Source of the DNA: Lingula anatina
Lineage: Eukaryota; Animalia; Brachiopoda
Direction of reading: 5' to 3'
DNA: 64,000 bases
NCBI GenBank assembly: GCA_051362555.1
Contig: CM120647.1
Span: 8,866,001-8,930,000, forward strand
Positions 1-13,000 of this stretch are shown here, piece after piece. Within the stretch, counting starts at the first letter, position 1, and each line of letters starts with the position of its first letter. The translations under genes and the position numbers were made by a program. Under the pieces are notes generated by a model. The model worked only from the letters and a program-made list of their open reading frames with translations. It made no database searches and had not been told where the DNA came from.

Positions 1-1013
1 GATGTTTTGTAAATAAGAACTTGCAAACTGATATATATTAATTTAGAAAAGTAGACCTAATTTTGATAGCGGAAGCATATTCTGTCGGGGGTTAAATATT
101 TTCATGACTTCCGGGATGGACGAGATTGAGGGCAGGGGTAATCCAAGAGAGGGGTGAGAAACGTCCATTGTTCTCGTCAGCGAGGCTGTCCTTTTTCAGG
201 GTTTGTACGCACGGACAGAAAACTTAAGTATTGTGGGAACGTTACTAATGAAGCCAATGGTAGTACTAGTAGATATCAGCCTGTAGTCTTGAACAAGCGC
301 CTCGATGATGAGTGAACAGTTGTCAAAAACAAAAGACCGAGGTGTGGTAGTTCAACTACTGTTCATGCGTGTCGCAACGACCAAACCTAATTGCTCCTCA
401 AGGTCACAAAACAATAACCTGTACTGACGGCTAGGCTCGTCTTAATCATATAAGTCGCGCGTTTCCACCCCCTGATTGAGGGATTCGTCTGTTGTATTCA
501 TACGACTCCTACTTGACGCAAACGAGGCGCGATACCCGGATGACAGGTAGGCTTACAGAATTTGTGATAGGGTATGATACTCTTTTATGCGATCTGACAC
601 ACACCTTGAAAACGGGTAGTGTGGTCAGATATACCGGTTTATTCTGGACCCGTAGGTGCCGAGTCTGGTAGTTGGGAAGGCCTGTAACTACAGAAAGCCT
701 AAATTGCAACAAAGGTCTATGTGCATTTTTAAAACAACTGACCAACAATAAATGTACCAGAGACAACTGTCTCTTTTTAGCACCAACCTAAAGACAACTA
801 ACAATGCCAAAATGAGGCTTCTGTCTGGATAAACCCCCTCTCCTTCCCACCACACATTCAACCATCCTTAATATGGACACCCAGGTATATTATGTCACCT
901 GTCAGAGACGCATGTCTGCCTTGTGGTTAAACATGTCATTATATTGTAATGAGAATGACACCCCTGGCTCTTCCTGTCAGCAGGTTAAGGACCAGTTATG
1001 TGAATCTTTCACT

Positions 1014-1225
1014 GTAGAGTTAACAGTACGTTTAGAGTTACATGTAACAGTACAGAGTTATTGGAGTTTATAGAATGGATGTTATAGTGCAGAGATAACA
1101 GAACAGAGTGAAAAGTACATAGGTAATAGAGTTAGCAAAGTCAACAGTATAAAGATATGATTAATTGAGTTAACAGAACAATGTTAACAGAAGAAGTCAA
1201 CAGAATAGACTTAACATAGACAGTG
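1014..1225. repeat. Degenerate ~13-14 bp tandem repeat (AGAGTTAACAGTAC-like)
   Basis: Recurrent AGAGTTAACAG / AGTCAACAG / GTTAACAGAA words. Confidence 0.6.
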
Positions 1226-1939
1226 GCAAAGAAAGCACATTCTAAGTTATTCGTAAGTCAATTTATTTGACAGCTAGTATCACACAACTTTTACTTCATA
1301 CTATAGTGTATACGTACTTGTCACAAGTACACTATAGTACACAATATGGGCAGTATTATTCCAAGTTAAGTATGTAACATACTACAGGTTTAAAAGGCAC
1401 CATATGGAGTGTGCAGTACATGACAAAGTTGTAGTCTCAAATGTTGAGGTAATAACATAAAAACATTTAAATTAATAGAGCTACAAGTTGACCTTCCCTT
1501 TTTTTTTTCGACAGCTAAATATTATAACTAATTGTTTTTTCCATATATCTTTTTCGAAACCTGTTATCATCATATTTATATGGACAAGCAAGCATTTTTT
1601 GTGGGGGGGGGGGGGGACAAAAGCTATTACAAATACAGTCACTAACAAGGAACTAGTATTTAGCGACATCCAAAAAAGTTGCTGTTAATAATGTGTACTG
1701 TATAATGATACTAAATTATCACTATACAAAGCATAAAAATAGCGATAAACGTGCTGTCATATTTCAAAACAAACTGAAACGAACATACACAAGTAAGTTC
1801 TTAGCAGAAAATAAAAATACAGCTCGCCGGCAACAAACAAAAGTCAAAACACCGACTACCATTACCACTGCCACTGCCAAACAATGCTAAATCCCACAAC
1901 TATCAATAAGGCTTGAGGAATAATTAGGGAAGAACTTAC

Positions 1940-1993
1940 CATTTGCAGCACGCATATTGTGATCAGAAAACATCTCCCAGTGCAGCACTTCAT
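1940..1993 (-). CDS. NKAIN: Na+/K+-ATPase beta-interacting protein (NKAIN family), first coding exon only; gene continues beyond the left edge
   Basis: The reverse strand reads MKCCTGRCFLITICVLQM followed by a GTAAGT donor. This 54-nt phase-0 exon matches the recalled NKAIN N-terminus (MG.C.GRC.L...C.LQ). It is too short for the ORF track. Confidence 0.88.
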
Positions 1994-2665
1994 CTTGATT
2001 TCTTGATACGTTTTAGAATAATAAGTACAACCAGTAGTAATGAATGATATGCTTCATGGTGACCCTACTCTCTGACTCAAATTTCGACCTAAGAACTCCT
2101 CACACCCATTAAAGCGCATCATAAACTAGCGCTCTAATTAGTCAATTGATACAGGTCAGAACATACGCATTACCCTTTTCTTCTACTTAAATGTGGTTGA
2201 AAGATATTATATTTTATAATAATGGTAAGCATGTTTCAAATCTCAAGTTGTGTTTTAGAGTACAAATATTCAATAACGGAGACCTGTTAGCGGAGTAATC
2301 TAAACCGGAAATTAATCAGCTCCGTAAAGTGTCATTCGTGTTTTTCTGAATAATACATTATATCGATTTTATATGAGATCAGTACACATTAAACAGCACA
2401 AAATAATTCCAGTAACAGTCAAGTAGCACCAGTTATTCCCCAAAACGTGTAACATTGTACAACATATTTTAAAGTAGTGCGTTTAGTGCCGCTGCGTCTG
2501 CGCAGTAGGTCAGAGAAGAGCTTGACCTAATTTTCCTGCATGCAAGGTTGTCACGCACGCACTAATGCGGTAGCTGTCATGACGAGCGGTGGATTAAAAC
2601 ACATTCGCATGCAGTTTATGGTGATCCCTAAGCCAAAGCAGTAGCCGTGTAGCAGAGCGGACAAA
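1994..2665. promoter_or_regulatory. Putative bidirectional promoter and 5' UTRs, NKAIN/ASPH
   Basis: Divergent start codons 672 bp apart; locally CpG-rich; CCGGAA (ETS-like) near 2306. Confidence 0.55.
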
Positions 2666-5600
2666 ATGGGCCTCAGAAAACGCGGGGGGCAGGACAAAAA
2701 AGGTAATTTATCTTGTCGAGGAATTGTAAAAATATTAATTGAGTTTGAGCATTAAAGATAAACTTGTGCACTGTGAAGGTGTCGGTAGTGAAACAAACGA
2801 AGTTCGCAGTTCTTACCTGTACCTGTATGGCATGAGGCTTCAGTTATGTGCCTTGAAAACAAATTCCTCCTGACGGTTATATTACTCTTATTAATGTATT
2901 TTCAATTGATGCGACCCAAAAGAGACAAATTAGCAAAGTACTATTAGCAAGTATAGGAGCAATAACCTTGGTTGGTAGACATGCACTAAGGTTTGATATT
3001 CTTTAGTTGCCTCTATATTTAGAACTTTCTTTATAGTGTAGGTAATGAAGCAATTATTGATTGCAAGACTGCAGTGTATTGGTCTTGCACAGCAGGTAAA
3101 GCACTTGCAATCAGTACTTGATAATGTCACATTGTGGATCCAGAGATTTGCTAGTTTCCTGAGAATTACCTTTTTCACTGCCAAGGAAGGACAGTTTCTT
3201 CAGTTTCACATCTCCACCCTTACATGCCCCACCCCTTGCAATGTCTCAACTTCAGCAACATTTGATTGAAGTTTACGGTAACAATCAAACTAAATTACTC
3301 TTACTTTATAGAGACTATTAGTAACATTTTTCAGTCTCAAAGTAAAGAATAATCATGTTCATTGTTTAATCATCCTATATAGAGATCATAAAAAAAACTC
3401 TTGTCATAGTTTACTGGCCTGTCTGCACTGTCAGAAATCAGAAATATACAACAGGTATCCTTTGGAAATGACTGCGTCACATGTCCTTCTAGTAACAAGT
3501 TCCACAGCTTTTAACAACCGTGAAGCACTGAATGGTGGACTGGATGGCTGTTTGCCATTTACATAGGAAACTTCCTTGTTGCAAATTGTTAAGAGTGTGT
3601 TAAGTTAAGTGTGTGGTTTGAATGTCAAAGAATTGCAGTGACCTTGAAGTTCAGGATAGGAAAGGATTTAACAGTTAAGAGAAGACAGTATTCTTGTCTG
3701 ACCAGCTGTTTACTCTCTGTTCACTTATTGTTTCACAAATTTTATTTTTCTTTTTTAATGGAACTATGTACTTTGTTCAAAATAATATAATTTTTTTTAT
3801 GAATCACTTTTTTAAATCTTGAATAATGTAGAAATAGACAATTAATTACCATTCTGTGTAATTTGTTTGTTATTAAAGAAATTGCCACTATCATTTCCTT
3901 GCTGTGGATACTTCTTAGTTGAAAACATTAGATACCACTACACCACTCAATTAAAAAGTTGCGTAATAAATGCTATGATTGCGCTTGAATGGGTTTCTAA
4001 ATTTCAAAATGATTTTTAAGCCAAACCAATTCTATCAAGTCCCGTCTGTTTTTTTTTTTTTACTTGTTTACTCTTCTCACGAAATTTTTTTGGTCAATGG
4101 GATTTGTTTAGTCACATGTCACGCCAGATTATGTGACAACATTGAAACATTTAAAAAATATTGCTCTTTATAAAAATGACTTTTTGTGGCAAATTCATGG
4201 TGCAGTTTTCTTGAGGAAGGCTTTGCCCAACATCCCTCCATTAAATAAGAGAAAGAAGACAATGATAAGAGTCTAGATGTCTGTCTCTTTCTTTTTGCCT
4301 CAGGTAGTATATATATTTATTCTAGCCGAAAGTAATGTTGATTTCTTAGATACCCCTTTAACCTTTACTAGTAGGTAAGACTGACGGTCAAGCACGAAAT
4401 AGACCAGTAAATAATTTTCCCCATTATGGGACCATTCCCACAGATGTTTGGATCGATCCATCTCCCTGGGGAGTCTCACTAAATTGCTATCAAACTAACG
4501 TCTGTCATGCCTAGTAAAACTGTTAGGGGGTAATTATCTTTACCTCTAGCTGATTGGTAGGCGTGACAGACATTTAAGCCTCTTAAGCTGATAGCAATTT
4601 AGCGTGAACCTACAGGGAGTTAGGTCGATCCATCTGGATCGACCTAAATATGGGAACCCAGTCTTAGACAACTAATACCAGTGGTAGATCCACCCCTCTT
4701 TCCTTTTGCCCTAAATCATATATAAGTAGCCCATAAATTACAAATACCACATATAAGTTGTCAGTGCATGTTGTGTCATCAAGTAACTTGGCGTATATTC
4801 GCTGTTTGCCTTATCGCACATGCCAAGTAGCCAGTACCACATATAAGTTGTCAGTGCATGTTGTGTCATCAAGTAACTTGGCATATATTCGCTGTTTGCC
4901 TTATCGCACATGCCAAGTAGCCAGTTATTAAAATGCTAGTACACATGTCTTCTCTGGCAAGCACTCTAAAAGACTAACACACCTTGTTTTCTTGTTGCCG
5001 TCATTAGTGATGAATTGCTCTGAGAAAAAATACCACTGCACTTTGATGTTCTTAAACAGTCATGTTAATGCATTTGATAAAGGTGGCTGCTCAGTTTTCA
5101 GAACAGTTGAGAAGTTCAATCCAATGTTTGGATGTTTTTTTTTTTATTTATATCAGACTCGTAGCCGGGGGGGGGGGGGGGGGGGTCAAAATAATCTCCC
5201 TTTTGCTGGGAAAAGGTCCCCTCTGTTCAAAATTTAATCTAGGTACATGAGGGTTTCATGTTAAAAAGTCCACTTTTTCAGGAAAAGAATCACCCTTTTA
5301 AAATTGCTGGTTACGGGCCTGTATATAGCACGGCAGGAAACACTTATATTCAAGTTGAGCAAAGTGAGTGGATTTAATTGGACATTTTGAAATTTATGAT
5401 ACTAACTTCATGAGGTGCATAATATATATCACTGTTTTTATGAGTAATAAAATAATTTTAGTTGCCTGTTGTTTTTCCTTAATTTTATAGGTATGGTAAT
5501 GGCTCAAGCATTTCAACTAAGAAAAATTATCAATTTTTCAGATATAATTTTGGATTCATTAAAAATACAGTTTTGTGCAGAGAAGATGACATTACGGATA

Positions 5601-8600
5601 TGCTTACTTCAAAAACGATTAAGTTGTCTTACGTACGCCCCTTAAGAGGACAAAAGAATTGTGTGAAAATTCGTAAGCTAAGGGACAATGCCGACTTATG
5701 TATATTTTACGGACATCTTACGTACATCTTACACACATGCAGGGATGAATAAGAAAGGGTGGGCTTATGCAAATAGGGTGACGGCGGGGTGTTTCTCACC
5801 TTACGGCAACACAACCATGTTTGAAAAGAGACGTGATATATGATCCTGTTTAATTGTGGGCTATTAAATCGTCCTCTGTTACGCTCCGATGCAACCCAAA
5901 CATGACTTTGCCCTGGTTAGAATGGAACGTTTAAGAGTGATTTACATTGATTTATTGATTTCTTGCAAAAAATCAGTCCCAACAGAGACTACTAGGATGC
6001 CCAGTCAATCCTTACCCTCATCAGCAGTTATGCACGCGATTCTTCTTTTAAAAGGTGTAAGGCATTTTTTTCAAACAACTTGTTTTTTTAGCTCCGCCGA
6101 CTTTAAAATGGCCAAAAAAGAATAAAATAAATAAAATTGAAACCAAAATTAATTTTGTTTTTTTTCACCGACATCCGACTGATCTTTTTCACGGTACTCT
6201 CACGTCACATGACTGCCTACAAGTTGTAAACAAAGGCCATTTGTGCCGAGGTAAACGCTTGGTTCATTTCCTCAAGCTTCCGGTTTTTAAGCCAATCAGT
6301 ACTTCATTGATATTTTACACTACACGTTCGACTACATGTGTCAAATTAATGCAAAATGGCGGGAAAGTGAGCTGGAGTAGCCATCTTGATTTAAGCAGGA
6401 ATTTGACCCCTGTTGTGTGGCTCAGTTTATAGTGAAGAAAGGACCAAAATTATTATGCAAAATGGTCTGCCCGGCCAGTGTTACAGATATTTTAGGCAAT
6501 TTTATTGACTACTTTTTGTCGGAAATGAACATATCAGTTGCAACACTTGCGTCACGTGTGGAGTGTTTAAACAGGGAACCAGCAGCGTAAAGAGCACAAA
6601 GCATGTTTTTTATTATTATTTTGTAATTTACAAGAATGATTCGTAAAATTGACATTTATTTAGAAAAATAAAACATTGAAAAGAAATTGCTGTTTTTGTC
6701 CAGAAATTGCTTTACTGTGTTTTAGTTTTGTCTAATGTAGTGTTGAAAGTGAGTTAATACCAAAAAGTATTTTTCACTTTTCACCCCCTCCGACCTCTGT
6801 CAAAAATAAAAATCCTATGTAATGAACATCAAACTTACAGATCACATCAACAATATAACAGTGTAAATCTTAACGGAACCTTCTTTCTGTAATGTTTGAG
6901 TTAATTGGTGGTGGGCAGAGTCTTATTTTTCAATGATGATGATAATAATTGTAGAAGTAGGGCTACATGAAGTCGCACAAAAGCACATTCCTTAATTCTG
7001 TGATCTATTCTAGGGTGTAGGTTTTCGTATATTTTTTAACTGTACCAACTTACCAACTTTGGACAACTGGCGAGCAGACATCTCCGTGCTTTAGATTTCC
7101 TCTAGGGATGATAATTTCACTGTTGTCAGGTGCTGGTCTCGTATCGGCAGTTGCCGCAGGGAGCGTGATTGAAATCAAACTTGGCACATCTTGAAAGTTT
7201 AAGTTGGACAAAAGATTTTCAGGTGACACTTTTAATCAGAGCTGCCACGTAAGCTAACAGTTTAATCACTGCAACGTACAGGTAAATTGAGAGTTGCGAT
7301 AACGTCACCTTCTTCCTTTCTCTCCATCAACATATTTCTTGAGACTGCCTTTATTTTCGTTCACTGTTCAACAAGGATAATTTCAAACGAAGAACATTGT
7401 ATGGAGAAGGGATTTTTATTCATTATTTTATTCATGAAACAACAAGCAAACTGTTCGTTTCAGCAGAAGGATGGGAATATAAAACCATTAATTTAAAATA
7501 AAGTTCTTAGAAAACTGCTTGCTGAAAGCATTCCATCAAGATACACGTGAACTAAATCTGGATTGAATAAGTTGTATGAATAATGTCATAAAAGAATATT
7601 TGCTATATGAATATATGCCAGACATTTCACTCATTGCGATAGATAGAATATTCTGATATAAATTTGGAAAAAAACAGAAGGTACTAGTGACAGCCCGTAT
7701 CGGTAATGTATAATTTGACAGAGCAAGCTTTCATGCACCAAACCAAGCAAATTTCAAAAAACAATTTTTGTAACAAATTTATTGGTAATGGTAGCCGGTC
7801 GCATTCCTTGAAAACATTATATAACCATGCTGGCAGAGACTAATAGAAAAGTGCAATAAAAACAGATTTGCTACGTCAGCAACTAGATGTAGTTATCGAT
7901 GAAGGTTACTTCTGACAAATGAATTGCGGTAAAAAAAGATAAAAATTTTCACCACAATCAAAATAAGCTGTAAAGCCAAAATGTCACATAAGATGACAAA
8001 ATTACAAGTAAGACGTGGCACTTCTTTGACATTTTTTAAATTTTCTTAAAAGTCGAACAAAAGATTTTGGTGACACGTTTAATCAGAGCTTACCTGCCAC
8101 GTAAGTTAGATTAAAAACTCCAAAGTACAGGTAGATTGGGATTTTCGATAAGATCATCCTCTCATTTCTCCATCTCCGCAATTCTTTGGAGCGTCCGATA
8201 AGATCTAAAGGGACCCGGGCACGTGGATTACACGCAATTACCATGATCGTTGATTATCTTCCTTAAATGCTTGCTTAAGCTCCGAACATACTTTTTGTCG
8301 ACTCCATGTTCTTAGAAAATCCTTTTAAAAACCCTTTCTAAAAGCATTTAATTTGACGTAAGAGTCAATGGATATTATCGTCGCCGTCTTAATCTCCAAT
8401 TGAATACTCCACGCCGCTTTATGATTAAAAGTAAGAAAAAAAAAACGTGTTTGGATAGATTACCCGGCCCTTGTTGTTCTTCGTGATCGAAAATGATGTT
8501 AAAAGGTCAAAAGGTTAGGGCAAAGCCAGGCTAAACTGCAATCAATTATATGTTCAAAATTTATAATAGTGTGAGCATTTCAATTTAATAATTTGAGATG

Positions 8601-10000
8601 AAATTGATGACTCAAGGAAAAACGTAAAATAACAATTTTGATCCCAATTCATAGCTGCTATATGAGCCAATTCATTTCTTTTTCTCAGATAGCTTCCACA
8701 TGGCAAACGGAGCCGAGATTTAATTACTGTACCCCGCAGGGACGACGTGTGGGGAGGCGTGTGAGAGGCGGAGAGACTATTAAAAGATTAGGCGTTTTTT
8801 CTTTCATGTACGTCCGCCATTTTTAGTTCTCAGGATTTGTAAAGCCTGGCTCAATTCGTTGAGAATGCGGTCTTATACTGGTTTGCCAATAGCCACGATC
8901 CTAACCAAATTTTTTTTTTTGAATTTTTGAATTTCTGGCTGAGGAGTTATCATTGACTACATTGACTTTTATGAATGTCTCATTTTTCAGAGAATGAAAA
9001 ACACAATGAAAATGGGACCAGTAGACCTACGAAGAAGAAAACAGACAAGACAGCGACAACAACAGCTTTTAAATTGTTACTGTTAGTAACAATAGCAGTA
9101 GCAGCAGTTCTGTCATACTGTTACATTAACAATGTTGCTGGCTTGAAAGAAATTGTCGGTAAGGATGTTGTCTGTATCTTTTATCTCCTAAATTTAAAAG
9201 TTGATGAAGGTGAATGATGATCATTGTCTAAACTCGATTATAAAATTTGTTTCAATAAGTAAAATATAAAGTCACAAATATGAAAACTGTTGCTTTTTGT
9301 GGCGAAAAGATCTACTAGTTTTTCTATCCTTTAAGATTCAAAACTCAATTTGGAAACAGAAAAACAAAAGGAAGAAAACATCCAAACACCACAGACTCAG
9401 AGAGCTAAAACAACTTCTAAAAAGAAAGATGGAGCTACCAATACTAAGAAAAAGAAAGACACATCATCTTCGACCAAAAAGAAGAAAGATACCAAGGATG
9501 CAATTACCAATAAAATGGATGCTGCCATTCGTGGGGCTCTGGATGCTGCGGATGGCTTGATGGAAAGGGTGAGTCTTAAAATGGGTGGTAGATATTTTTA
9601 ATTTTTTTTTATTAATTTTATTATTATTATTTTTTTTTTTGGGGGGGGGGGGGCGGGGGGTTGATAGACTGTTGGTAGACTGGGTTCCCATACCTAGATT
9701 GATCTAACAGGATCAATCCATCTCCAAGGGGCTTCTTGCAAAAATGCTTTCAGCTGAAGTGGCTAAGATGTCTGACATGCCTACTGAAGCTGCTAAATGA
9801 TAATTAATTACACCCTAGCAGCTTCAGGCGTAACAGACATCTAAGCGGCTTAAGTTGATTGTAATTTAGAGAAAATCCCCTTGAAGATAGGTCGATCCAC
9901 AGTTGGTATGATAGGGTCTGGTAATGGTCCCTTAGGGTCAGTAAAAGAATTCCCTGTGAAGTGTGATGAAATTATTGCTAATCATCTAAACCTGTAATGA

Positions 10001-10047
<47 letters not shown>

Positions 10048-13000
10048 TAAGGGTCAGTATAAAGATGCTCTGTCCAAGTATGAAGACATTCTAGCTAAGC
10101 AACCAAACAGTCCTAGAGGAAATTACGGCAAAGGTCAAGCACTGGACAAACTAGCTGACCAGCAGAAGAGTAATGCAGTGTTGGAGCAAGCCATTGGGCA
10201 GTACCTGAAGGTAGGATGTGGCCATTATAATTATTATTATTATTAGATTGGTTATTTAATTATTAAGTTTAACATTTTACCCCCGAAAAATTGAGAAATG
10301 CCTATCACTGACATGGCTTTGTTTTTTTGTTGTAGTCTAAGCATTCAGGTATGCTAGAACCACACTCAGATTATAAACCACACAACATACAAATTTACTT
10401 TTAAAAAGTCAAGTATTGGTTTTGTAATGGAGTCTGACATTGAGTAATGTGGTTAATTCAGGTTATTATTAATCCATGGAGACTCTTTAAAACTTGTGAT
10501 TTTTCATGAACCAATTTAAAGCTTTTGTGAATTATAATATTTGGATTATACATGTAACTTCCGTCTTACTAGAAATACAAATTTATAAGAACATTTTAGT
10601 TCATAATAGTAAATACCTGCGTAACAGGTGCTAACATTTTAAGAATAAAAAAAAAGTTTTAAGTTAAATGAAAAAAAAAACTTCAGGCTGTTTTGTGATA
10701 TTGTTTACTTTGTTGTCATGGTTACAGGTCCTGGATCTTCCAGATGTCCCAGATGACATTGTAATGATGGCAGGAAAGCGATGTGCCGATCGTCAAAAGT
10801 TTAGAGGTACTTGAAGAAAGTATGGAGTAATCTAGTTTACTATTTATTAAGAAGCATTATACTTTTTTGTTTTATCTGGGGCACCTGCACTTGATTTATA
10901 TTTGAAATGTTACAATTTAGATCTATTAGTAAAACTTTTGATATGTAATCAAACTTTTAAAGTAATTTTGGCTGATATTATAATGGAACAACTAGAATGA
11001 TGAAAATAAAAAGAGAATGAATATTTTATGACTAATTGCATAGCAAATTTGTGGCACATTTCATATTATTAAAACAAGTGAATAATGGAGGAAATAATAT
11101 TTCAATTCAGGTTGGCCGGGTAAGTCTGCCCAAACAATGAATACACTCATCAGCAGATTTCCAGACAACACTGAGCTGAGAAACGAGATGGGGGTGGCGC
11201 TACTTTTGCAGGGAAGAAACAATCAAGCCAAGACAGTCTTTGAAGAAGTAAGAACAGCACAACAATAGCCCTCTAATATTTAACAATTTTTTTTTATTAA
11301 ACATATATAAACACAATACAGAAGACAAACATACAAGAACATGCAATACATCACAGAATCAAAAAACACATTTCAGTACAAATACAAACAATACACTGCA
11401 TTAGTACAGTTTTATAACTTAATACAATACATACACTTTTATGGGTGCACAGTCACTGAAATATTATTTTAATATTGTAGAACGTACAATACAATATACA
11501 ACATTCTACAGCACATTACAGAGTACATTACAAACTGAACAATACGTGAACAAAGCAAGGTGAATATTTAACAAACTTGATATATTGCATTTCCCACATT
11601 GAGTATTTGTCAAAAAGACCTAGCATAAAAATGTTAAAATTTAGTTCCAAGAAGTTGGTGTATCATGTTGCTGTTTTAGTGCCTTTTGTACATTTGTGAG
11701 AGTGTGTGTTTGTGTTAATTGAGAAATACATATCTAATAGGAAATATTTATAAACAAGAAAATAGTTCCTTAAAGCTTGTAATATGCTTTGAAGTTATTT
11801 TTCTTGGCACTGTCGTAGGTGTAGGGCAAAAAATGTTCAGAATAATTCAAAACCAGCATGACTTCAAGTAAGTTATCAAAATCACAACATTTGTATGCCC
11901 TTCTTGCTGTACACAAATTTCTAAAATTTGAACAAAATTATTCAATTATGTTACAAAAAACAAAAAAAAACAGCCTTTTGTTTTCAATTGTCTGAAAACT
12001 TAATTGGAAATGTCTGAATTGTAAATAGGTTTCAAGTCAGACAATGTTTTGAGAGTGTCTGACAGTAAATAAAAAATCAAGTTTGAAATTTGTGAACAAT
12101 TACGGTAGACGAGGAAAAAGTTGGGATCATCACGTAGAAGCTTCCAAGAAAACCACCCTCCTGTGTATCTACAGCGTTGTTAAATAATCATAAACACATT
12201 GCTTGGCATGTTTTCTTGGCAGCTGTTTCAGTTTATGTTGTATATATGTTGTCTTGGCTTCTGATTCTGTTAAATATATTATATGTGCAAAAAAACAAAG
12301 AATTATGACTGTTCATTGTGTTGGTGTTGATGCAAAGTAAGTAGGATAGTTGCAAGATAAGACAAAGGGCGTATTCCCAGACATTTAGTTCGATCTATCT
12401 CTGTGGGGAGTCTCACTAGATTACTGTCAGATAATCCGGCTTAAATGTCCGTCCCGCCTACTACAAGCTGTAATTAACTTTCGTGCCCGCTCAGCTGACA
12501 TCTATTTAGCGTGAACCCCCAGGGAGTTAGGTTGATCTAGTTTGGATCGATCTAATCTCTGGGAATGGGGTCAAAGATGTGTTCAAAACCACCTTCACAA
12601 AAACCAGTGCCAGGTAGAAATTTAGGAAGTATAGGCACTTGATTTCCCCCCCCACCCCCACCCCCTTTCCACAAACTCACACACATTGTCCATTTTTCCA
12701 AAACTAAGTAGACAGCACAATCATGTTACTGTAGCTGCATAAAATTGTTCAAATTCCTCCACAGATCAAGGGAAAGTAAATGTACAGGGACAGAAAACAA
12801 TGTAGAATCACTCCACCCGGTGTAACCCATCAGTGTTGTTACACTGTCATATTATGGTGAAGTATCCTTTGCCAAAAGAGGGCAGAAAAGATCAAGACAG
12901 GCCAAAGGAAGGAATTTTATGGTCATAAGCTTCAGGCCATGTAGCTGGGGGCTAGACTGATTTTACGAGGGATTAAATCGACGAATGTGATTCATAATAA

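Noticed and set aside
40-770. CpG-rich stretch with short minus-strand ORFs as NKAIN exon 2 or a separate gene
   Set aside because: No match to the expected NKAIN continuation (ERQ.FDFLGY) and no recognisable protein; it may be regulatory but cannot be supported.
11287-11640. 3' end of a minus-strand retroelement (AATAAA plus A tract, degenerate AATAC repeats)
   Set aside because: No TSD or coding remnant; indistinguishable from low-complexity intron sequence.
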